Shown: positions 10,559 through 17,808 of the stretch, one piece after another | Layout of the letters: the number at the start of each line of letters is the position of its first letter | How positions within the stretch are numbered: the stretch's first letter is position 1 | DNA from: Azolla caroliniana | Lineage: Eukaryota > Plantae > Polypodiophyta | Reading direction: 5' to 3' | DNA: 19,921 bases | Assembly (NCBI GenBank): GCA_043228905.1 | Contig: JBHGNT010000586.1 | Span: 1 to 19,921, forward strand | Notes under the pieces: generated by a model | Told to the model about the DNA's origin: nothing | The model's input: the letters and a program-made list of their open reading frames with translations, nothing else | Database searches by the model: none | Position numbers and translations under genes: made by a program

Positions 10559-11140
10559 AGTTGTGTGAAAGACTTCGTATTCATCTAATATAGAAGCAAT
10601 GATGGATGGATGTTCCTAGCGACAACGCAACATGAATAACATGTTTCCATTGATAGCTTACATATAATACTTGATTTCGAGCTTACAATATTGCAAACCT
10701 GTTCAATGGTTTAGAGCAAAGTCAAATTTTTGATTTAATAAAGGGACGATACTCATATAAACGGGAAGTGACAAAGAACAGAGGTGTTGTGCAAAGATAA
10801 ATCGATAGATTCTCTTAGGTGTGACATTTAAGACGGAATTTATATTTCATTCTACATAATAAAGGTAAAAATTGTTGAACACGGTGCTCGGCCACAACCG
10901 AGGAATAGGATCAACTCACAGAAAATAGGAAATACAAAATGCACGAAGACAATAGAGAGAAAAGTACACAGGATGTTTTACGTGGAAAACCCTAAATGGG
11001 AAAAACCACGGAAGTCCTCAAACTCCAATTATCACTATGAACAGAGATGTACAATGGTGAAGCCACAAGGCAATAACCTTGAGCTCACTGTCTTCGCCAC
11101 AGGCGGCGGTAATACACAGAGGCAACGACCTCTTCGTCTT

Positions 11141-11164
11141 TCTCTCTCTCTCTCTCTCTCTCTC
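11141..11164. repeat. (TC)12 microsatellite in the LTR; (TC)13 at 15925-15950
   Basis: Direct reading. Confidence 0.95.
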
Positions 11165-11321
11165 GGCTGCTCTCTTCACTCTCTCTAAGTGGAAAACAGA
11201 AAAATAAGCAACAACACTAAACTGTTTGCCCTAAGTCATATTCATACACATATGACTTTCGGGCTATTTACAAATATAGCCTCAAGGGCTCTTGGCAAAT
11301 ATATTCACAAATATGTCCCTG

Positions 11322-11478
11322 CATCCGGATCTCTCTCCGGGTACATTCGTCATCCGGCTCCGTAGCCGGGGTCTTCAGCATCCGGCTCCGTAGCCGGGGT
11401 CTTCATCATCCGGAGCCGTATCCGGGTACTCTTCATCCGGCTTCATGCCGGGTACTCTTCATCATCCGGTTCCGTAAC
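11322..11478. repeat. LTR U3 tandem repeat, ~6 x 27-29 bp (second copy 16108-16264)
   Basis: Units such as CATCCGGCTCCGTAGCCGGGGTCTTCAG begin at 11322, 11351, 11379, 11407 and onwards. Confidence 0.9.
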
Positions 11479-11543
11479 CGCAACCGGGCTTGCCGTCATT
11501 CATCTCCGGACATCCCATCCGGAGGGACCGAAATCCCAACAAA

Positions 11544-11553
11544 CTCCCCCTTC
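11544..11553 (-). other. Polypurine tract
   Basis: Minus strand GAAGGGGGAG overlapping the pol stop codon, 2 nt before the 3' LTR. Confidence 0.9.
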
Positions 11554-14500
11554 ACTTCGGCATGGGATGTCTCTCCAATCCGATCCTCTTCCGGCATGCT
11601 TCCAGCTTGTCGGGTGTGAGCACCTTGGTCAGCATATCCGACCCGTTCTCGTCCGTGTGGACCTTCGTCAGTACGAGCTCTTTATCTTCTATCCTTTCTC
11701 GGATCCAGTGGTATCTACGCTGGATGTGTTTCGTCCGGGAATGGTAGGCCGCGTTCTTCGCAAGGTGGATGGCACTCTGACTATCGCAGTAGAGCCGGTA
11801 CTCCTCCTGCCGGATACCGAGCTCTCTAATGAAGTCCTTCATCCAAATTATTTCCTTTCCGGCTTCAACAGCCGCCATGTACTCCGCCTCCGTGGTTGAC
11901 AACGCAACCGTCTTCTGCAACCTCGACTGCCACGAAACAGCTCCCCCTGCATATGTCATTACATACCCTGATGTAGACCGGCTGGTATCCGCATCAGCCG
12001 ACATGTCCGAATCAGTAAATCCATCGAGTTCGGGCTTACCGGAGCTGAATCGGAGGCACATGTTTGAAGTGCCCTTTAAGTATCGGAGTATCCATTTGAC
12101 CGCGTTCCAGTGCTCCTTGCCGGGATTACTCATATACCGGCTCACCACTCCGACTGCGTATCCAATGTCTGGTCGGGTACACACCATTGCGTACATCAAG
12201 CTCCCGACGGCAGAGGCATATGGTATCTTCATCATATCCTCCTTTTCAGCTTTTGTCTTCGGACTTTGCTTGCCTGATAACCTGCAGTTTGCCGGGAGAG
12301 TCGACCCGACCGGTCTTGCTTCCGACATGTTGAACCGGTGAAGCACCTTTGTCACGTACTTCTCCTGTGACAGCCACAACTGCTTCTGCTTCCGGTCCCG
12401 GATGATGTGCATCCCTAGTATTTGCCTCGCCGGACCCAGGTCCTTCATTGAGAAAGTTCGGTGAAGCGCTTTCTTCAGCATCTGTATCTTGGCCTGGTCC
12501 CGTCCGACGATCAACATGTCGTCCACGTACAGGAGGAGTATTAGAAAGTTTCCTCCTTCGAACTTCTTCACAAACACGCAGTGATCGGACTGCGTTTTGT
12601 GGTACCCTTCGTCGGTCATGAAAGAGTCGAACTTCCGGTACCATTGCCGGGGAGCCTGCTTCAGTCCGTAAAGGCTCTTCTTCAACCGGCATACCAGGTG
12701 CTCCTTCCCTTTCTTCTCGAATCCTTCTGGTTGCTGCATGTAGATCTCTTCTTCGAGGTCACCGTGAAGGAATGTCGTCTTCACGTCCATCTGTTCTACC
12801 TCGAGGTCCATGCTTGCCGCTATGCTCAGCACCGTCCGGATGGAGGTCATCTTCACTACCGGGGCAAATATCTCGTCGAAGTCGACGCCCTTCTTCTGCT
12901 GGAACCCCTTCACCACGATCCTGGCTTTGTATCTCGGGGGGTTTCCGGCATCTCCCGGTTTCAGCTTGAACACCCACTTGTTTCGAAGCGCCCGCTTTCC
13001 TTTCGGCAACTCCACAAGTTCATATGTGTGGTTCTCATGCAGGGAATCCATCTCCTCCTGCATGGCACCTAACCACCTGCGGCTATGGGTGTCAAGCTTT
13101 GCTTCTTCAAAACTCTCCAGCTCCCCCTCGTCGGTTAGCAGCACATGCTCTGGTTCCGGAAATCTCCGGGGGGCCCTTCTCTCTCTTAGAGGATATCTCC
13201 GTTCCGGAGCTTCGGTAACCGGCTCCTCCGTTTCCTCTTCATCCGAATCCATTTCGGAATCGGGGCCGGTTCCGGTATCAGTTTCATCTTCCTCGGCCGG
13301 TTCTGTTTCTTCACCGTCTTCGGCCGGATCCTCGAGTGCTAACCGGTCCCTTGCCGGTCGGGACTGCTCTTCGTAGAGTTGATTCTCACCGGTCGACTTG
13401 GAGCTCTTCATCTTCTTCGCCGACTCCCAGTCGGCGAGTGTCTTGTCCTCCATGAAGATGATATCACGACTCCTGAATATCTTCTTGTCGACCGGGTCCC
13501 ATACTCGGTAGCCGAACTCGTCGTCGCCGTAACCGAGGAATATGCATGGCCGGGTCTTTGGATCTAGCTTTCCTCTCCGGTCCTTTGCCACATGCACATA
13601 TGCGAGACACCCGAACACCTTCAGATGCCGGTAGGATACTTCCCTACCGGTCCACACTCTCTGCGGCGTGTCTCCGTCCAAAGGTACTGAGGGTGATCTG
13701 TTTATCACGTATGTCGCCGTCGACATTGCCTCAGCCCAAAACCCCTTGGGTAATTTCGCATGCGCCAGCATACTCCGGACCCTCTCCATCATGGTCCGGT
13801 TCATCCTCTCGGCCAGCCCGTTCAGTTCCGGCGTCTTCGGCACAGTAAACTCGAGCCGGATTCCCTTCGAGCGACAGTACTCCTCGAACGGCCCCCGGTA
13901 TTCCCCTCCGTTATCCGCTCGTATCGCTTTCAGCTTCTTGCCGGATTCTCTTTCCACTCTCGCGTGGAGTTCTTTGAAGACGCACAACACTTGGTCCTTT
14001 GTCTTCAACGGTGCCGTCCACAGCTTCCGGTTGTGGTCATCAATGAATGTCACGAAGTACTGGGCTCCGCCATGTGACTTCGTTTCTACTTGACACACGT
14101 CAGTGTGCACCAACTCCAATGGTGCGCTACGTCTCGTCGGTGGCCTTGAGTGGAAGGAGGTCCGGTTTTGCTTACCGGCCAGACAGTCGCTACACTTCCC
14201 CAAGTGTAAATGCTTCACCGGTATCAGGTTGTCTTCGGCAAGCCTCTTCATCCCCTTCTCGCTCATGTGGCACAGTCTCTTGTGCCATAGCTCACCGGCA
14301 GTGTCAGCTGCCACGTTCAGCTCCTCAGGACATAGCCGGGAATTCATCAGGTACAGTGTGTTGACCTTCCGGGCCCGAGCCACTATCAGGCTCCCTTTGC
14401 TGAACTTCATGACACCGTTCCGGATGCTACCTGTGTAGCCTTCATCGTCTAGCCTCCCGGCCGAAATCAGGTTCAATCGAACCTCCGGAACGTGTCGGAC

Positions 14501-15625
14501 ATCCTTCAGCAGCATCTTGCATCCGGTTGATGTCATCAGCCACACGTCTCCTATGCCGGCAATCCGGCATGTACCTTCATTTCCCATCCGGACACAGCCG
14601 TGCTCACCGGCTGTGTAGGATGAGAAGTATTTCTTCTCCGGGGTCAGGTGGAACGACGCTCCGGAATCGACCACCCAGGTCATCTCTTCACCGGCAAGGT
14701 TCAGCTCCCTCTCTTCGGTAATGAGCATTATCTCTTCTTCACTTGCCGCGAGTGCAGTCGTTCCTTTCCGGTCCTGCCCTCGCCGATCCGGACCTCTCCG
14801 GTCCGTGGCTCCCCGGTATGCGCCGTTTCGCTCCGGTGACTTCTTCGAATCAATGTTGTCGGCTCCGTTGTCTTTTCGGTAATGCCGACAATTCTTCCGA
14901 AAGTGCCCCGGCTTCCCACAGTGGAAGCATGTGGGCCTTCCTCTTGACTGCGACCGGGTCCCCGACTTCTCCCGTCTTTGCGGACTCCGGTTCCGTTGTC
15001 TTCCCCGATCCGATTCGGTAAGCAGCATCTTCGGATCGGAGGCCGGTTCTTTATCTCTCCGACGCGCTTCTTCGTTCAAAATACTTGTCTTTACCGTTTG
15101 TAGGGACAAGTTTTCTTCGGTGCAGGAGGTGCTGAGAGTCACCACCAAGTTCTCCCAGCTTTCCGGCAATGTACACATCAGTATGATGGCTTGCATTGCA
15201 TCCTCCAACGGGAACTTGATCGCCGCAAGCTGGTTCACGAATCCCATGAACGTGCTTACGTGTTTCACCATACTCTCGCCGTCCCGGTACTTGAGGTTCA
15301 CTATCTTCCTCATCAGGGAGGTCCGGTTCAACGCATTCTTCCTCTCGTAGAGGCCCGACAGCTTCCGCCACATCTCATAGGCATTCGTATCGTTCGCCAC
15401 ATGTTGCAGAACACTTACATCGACATATTGCCGGATCGTCGCTACGGCTTTCCGGTTCAGGAGCTTCCACTCCGACTCTATTACCCCCTTGGGTATCTCA
15501 TCATTGTCGATCGGTTCGTACAGGTCTCGGACGATGAGAAGGTCTTCCATCTTTATCTTCCAGTCGGCGTAGTTCTGTGAGTTCAACACCATCATGCCCG
15601 GAGGCCCACTACCGCCGCCTTCCAT
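11552..15625 (-). CDS. Copia gag-pol polyprotein (~1357 aa from the ATG at 15625)
   Basis: Gag with CCHC knuckle CFHCGKPGHFRKNC; protease WVVDSGAS; integrase WHKRLCH..CSDC, HTDV, RADNGGEY, AERMNR and FLGY..GYR; RT QMDVKT and YVDDML; RNase H TDSD, TEAEY, CDSQSA, SDMLTK. The ORF-track start at 15679 lies inside the LTR; the first ATG after the PBS is at 15625. Confidence 0.96.
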   Translation of the reverse strand: MEGGGSGPPGMMVLNSQNYADWKIKMEDLLIVRDLYEPIDNDEIPKGVIESEWKLLNRKAVATIRQYVDVSVLQHVANDTNAYEMWRKLSGLYERKNALNRTSLMRKIVNLKYRDGESMVKHVSTFMGFVNQLAAIKFPLEDAMQAIILMCTLPESWENLVVTLSTSCTEENLSLQTVKTSILNEEARRRDKEPASDPKMLLTESDRGRQRNRSPQRREKSGTRSQSRGRPTCFHCGKPGHFRKNCRHYRKDNGADNIDSKKSPERNGAYRGATDRRGPDRRGQDRKGTTALAASEEEIMLITEERELNLAGEEMTWVVDSGASFHLTPEKKYFSSYTAGEHGCVRMGNEGTCRIAGIGDVWLMTSTGCKMLLKDVRHVPEVRLNLISAGRLDDEGYTGSIRNGVMKFSKGSLIVARARKVNTLYLMNSRLCPEELNVAADTAGELWHKRLCHMSEKGMKRLAEDNLIPVKHLHLGKCSDCLAGKQNRTSFHSRPPTRRSAPLELVHTDVCQVETKSHGGAQYFVTFIDDHNRKLWTAPLKTKDQVLCVFKELHARVERESGKKLKAIRADNGGEYRGPFEEYCRSKGIRLEFTVPKTPELNGLAERMNRTMMERVRSMLAHAKLPKGFWAEAMSTATYVINRSPSVPLDGDTPQRVWTGREVSYRHLKVFGCLAYVHVAKDRRGKLDPKTRPCIFLGYGDDEFGYRVWDPVDKKIFRSRDIIFMEDKTLADWESAKKMKSSKSTGENQLYEEQSRPARDRLALEDPAEDGEETEPAEEDETDTGTGPDSEMDSDEEETEEPVTEAPERRYPLRERRAPRRFPEPEHVLLTDEGELESFEEAKLDTHSRRWLGAMQEEMDSLHENHTYELVELPKGKRALRNKWVFKLKPGDAGNPPRYKARIVVKGFQQKKGVDFDEIFAPVVKMTSIRTVLSIAASMDLEVEQMDVKTTFLHGDLEEEIYMQQPEGFEKKGKEHLVCRLKKSLYGLKQAPRQWYRKFDSFMTDEGYHKTQSDHCVFVKKFEGGNFLILLLYVDDMLIVGRDQAKIQMLKKALHRTFSMKDLGPARQILGMHIIRDRKQKQLWLSQEKYVTKVLHRFNMSEARPVGSTLPANCRLSGKQSPKTKAEKEDMMKIPYASAVGSLMYAMVCTRPDIGYAVGVVSRYMSNPGKEHWNAVKWILRYLKGTSNMCLRFSSGKPELDGFTDSDMSADADTSRSTSGYVMTYAGGAVSWQSRLQKTVALSTTEAEYMAAVEAGKEIIWMKDFIRELGIRQEEYRLYCDSQSAIHLAKNAAYHSRTKHIQRRYHWIRERIEDKELVLTKVHTDENGSDMLTKVLTPDKLEACRKRIGLERHPMPK

Positions 15626-15641
15626 TTTCTGTGTTACCGTC

Positions 15642-15653
15642 GCTCTGATACCA
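15642..15653 (-). other. Primer-binding site complementary to the tRNA-iMet 3' end
   Basis: Minus strand TGGTATCAGAGC, 3 nt inside the 5' LTR. Confidence 0.95.
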
Positions 15654-15656
15654 CTT

Positions 15657-15919
15657 TGTTGAACACGGTGCTCGGCCACAACCGAGGAATAGGATCAACT
15701 CACAGAAAATAGGAAATACAAAATGCACGAAGACAATAGAGAGAAAAGTACACAGGATGTTTTACGTGGAAAACCCTAAATGGGAAAAACCACGGAAGTC
15801 CTCAAACTCCAACTATCACTATGAACAGAGATGTACAATGGTGAAGCCACAAGGCAACAACCTTGAGCTCACTGTCTTCGCCACAGGCGGCGGTAATACA
15901 CAGAGGCAACGACCTCTTC

Positions 15920-15950
<31 letters not shown>

Positions 15951-16327
15951 GGCTGCTCTCTTCACTCTCTCTAAGTGGAAAATAGAAAAATAAGCAACAA
16001 CACTAAACTGTTTGCCCTAAGTCATATTTATACACATATGACTTTCGGGCTATTTACAAATATAGCCTCAAGGGCTCTTGGCAAACATATTCACAAATAT
16101 GTCCCTGCATCCGGATCTCTCTCCGGGTACATTCGTCATCCGGCTCCGTAGCCGGGGTCTTCAGCATCCGGCTCCGTAGCCGGGGTCTTCATCATCCGGA
16201 GCCGTATCCGGGTACTCTTCATCCGGCTTCATGCCGGGTACTCTTCATCATCCGGTTCCGTAACCGCAACCGGGCTTGCCGTCATTCATCTCCGGACATC
16301 CCATCCGGAGGAACCGAAATCCCAACA
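15657..16327 (-). repeat. 5' LTR (671 bp)
   Basis: Differs from the 3' LTR by about 6 transitions and one extra TC unit (manual comparison). Confidence 0.97.
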
Positions 16328-16732
16328 AAAATGACCATTACATCTACATGCAAAACACCTTTACCGATGAATGTTGGAATGCAGAGTACACATTGCCATT
16401 GTCAAAGGAATTTATTCAAGGAAATCATAAAAGCTAAAATCGCAAGCAACTTCGAGTTCCGACCTGTCGGATTTGAACCAATGACCTAAGCATGACAATG
16501 AACACTACAGTCCTCCGCTCTACCAACTGAGCTAAGGTCGGAGGTGTGGAAAAGCTTCCATATTTCTCAATTATAGAAGCAAAAATGGACACAACATCTG
16601 TACCAAGTTTTGATTGATGAATAACATCTAATGTTGAATGTCAATGTCAAGCCTAGAACATTGCAGATATATTATATTAGTGAGCATTGTCAGATGTTGG
16701 ATTTTATATAGGGATGATGTTCAGATAAACAA
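16328..16732. repeat. Continuation and right end of the tRNA-Tyr array after the Copia insertion
   Basis: AAAGGTAAAAAT (10861-10872) resumes as AAAATGACCATTACATC at 16328. Similarity to the monomer ends after GGGATGATGTTCAGATAAACAA at ~16732. Confidence 0.95.
16458..16541 (-). pseudogene. tRNA-Tyr(GTA), probably defective
   Basis: Canonical acceptor and intron, but G49>A (T-stem mismatch) and C40>G (anticodon-stem mismatch). Confidence 0.7.
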
Positions 16733-16907
16733 CATACGGCGTATCGAGTTCCTGTATAAAACACAAACATAATACAAGAACTCGATACGCCGTATTGAGT
16801 TCCTATATAAAACCTAAACATCACACAAGAACTCAATACGTCGTATTGAGTTCATGTATATTGTTTGTGTTTTATACAGGAACTCGATACGGCGTATCGA
16901 GTTCCTG
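16733..16907. repeat. Array of 25-bp palindromes with ~51-bp period; probable (sub)terminal region of a DNA transposon
   Basis: GAACTCRATACG-N-CGTATYGAGTTC centred at 16739 (left arm truncated), 16790, 16841 and 16891. Confidence 0.9.
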
Positions 16908-17027
16908 TTGTTAAAACATATTTACAAAAATGTCCACAGTGTCAGAGGCTTACCTGGAGTCCTAGCGCCCGATTTTCTTTGAAGACATGGTTGATTTTTG
17001 TCGATTCTTAGGCGGAGATCTCGTTAT

Positions 17028-17100
17028 TGTGCTTTGTGCTCTGTGTGCTCTATGTGCTCTGTTTGCTTTGTTTGTTGTGTGCTCTTTTGTGCTCTTGTGT
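17028..17100. repeat. Degenerate ~9-bp minisatellite (TGTGCTCTG-like)
   Basis: TGTGCTTTGTGCTCTGTGTGCTCTATGTGCTCTGTTTGCTTTG... Confidence 0.75.
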
Positions 17101-17340
17101 TTCGTGTGAGTGAAATATGACAAGGTCTTCCTATTTAGAGGGATTGAAGTAACCATAGTCAGCTTAACCAAGGTTGGCAAGCGTGAGGTTAGTTAGTTAG
17201 TAACCACAGTCACATTAACCTTAGTAACTTATGATTGCATTAATGATTACAAAGTCAAACTAACATATTTCTGAATATTTTATAGTCAAAATAACTTAGA
17301 ATGACTTTGAAGGTCATGAAGGAAACAATGATAGAGGTTC

Positions 17341-17525
17341 ATGAATGAACCAATGATTGATTAGTGAAATGAACATTTTTATGACTCTTAATTGCTTTGT
17401 ATTAAAGATGTGGGCATGAATGAACCAATGATTGAAAAGTCTTATATTTAAAATGGTGGGCATTAATGAACCAATAACTGAGAAGTTCTATATTAAATAT
17501 GGGTGACATTAATTAACCAATGATT
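17341..17525 (+). promoter_or_regulatory. Repeated CCAAT-box motif upstream of the transposase gene
   Basis: ATKAATKAACCAATRA with CCAAT at 17350, 17425, 17471 and 17517; the last three are 46 bp apart. The promoter role is inferred. Confidence 0.5.
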
Positions 17526-17808
17526 TTTACTTTAATCCAACATATATATGGCTTGGTAATGATTGTAATTATATTTTACTTGATTTAACTTTATACAGAC
17601 TAGTTTAAGTAATTATTAATATGTTGAATACAATTATTATATTTAAAATAATATCTTTATGTATTGTATTAATGTAATATTAAATAATATAGACATTATA
17701 TTGGGGGAGCTTCTGTTTAGAGAGAAGTTTATGTTTAGAGAGGAGCTTATCAATTTTTTATGCTAGCCTAAGCACATAACTGAAACAGCTCTGTGTGGAC
17801 CTTAAGCC

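Larger units (their letters stand above)
1..10872. repeat. tRNA-Tyr-containing tandem array (~0.5-kb monomers; ~1.0-kb and ~0.76-kb units; ~1765-bp higher-order repeat); continues beyond the left edge
   Basis: Homologous landmarks recur at 930/2695/4460 (spacing 1765) and tRNA starts at 1369/3134/4900. Two diverged monomer types alternate: A (..GAAATTGCAACCAACTGTCGG..) and B (..GAAATCGCAAGCAACTTCGAGTTCCGACCTGTCGG..). Confidence 0.97.
10873..11541 (-). repeat. 3' LTR (669 bp)
   Basis: TGTTGAACACGG...AAATCCCAACA; direct repeat of 15657-16327. Confidence 0.97.
10873..16327 (-). mobile_element. Full-length Ty1/Copia LTR retrotransposon (Tnt1/Tork-like), 5455 bp
   Basis: Two LTRs bounded by TGTTG..CAACA; 5-bp TSD AAAAT (10868-10872 and 16328-16332); PBS and PPT; domain order gag-PR-INT-RT-RH. 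Confidence 0.98.

Noticed and set aside
1-10872. Array of tRNA-derived SINEs
   Set aside because: The copies keep the intron and upstream flank and have no poly(A) tails or TSDs, which indicates DNA-level tandem duplication rather than retroposition.
10973-11188. 71-78 aa ORF in both LTRs
   Set aside because: It is antisense to the element and runs through the TC microsatellite, whose length change shifts the frame between the two LTRs.
11490-15580. Numerous antisense and alternative-frame ORFs within the Copia element
   Set aside because: These are expected shadow ORFs of a GC-rich coding region and show no motifs.
15626-15679. N-terminal extension of gag-pol given by the ORF track
   Set aside because: It starts at a non-ATG codon inside the LTR and spans the PBS; the ATG at 15625 is the plausible start.
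16733-16907. CRISPR array
   Set aside because: The spacers are homologous to each other (one is inverted), there are no cas genes, and the context is eukaryotic.
16962-17180. 72-aa minus-strand ORF
   Set aside because: Low-complexity translation of the TGTGCTC minisatellite with a non-ATG start.
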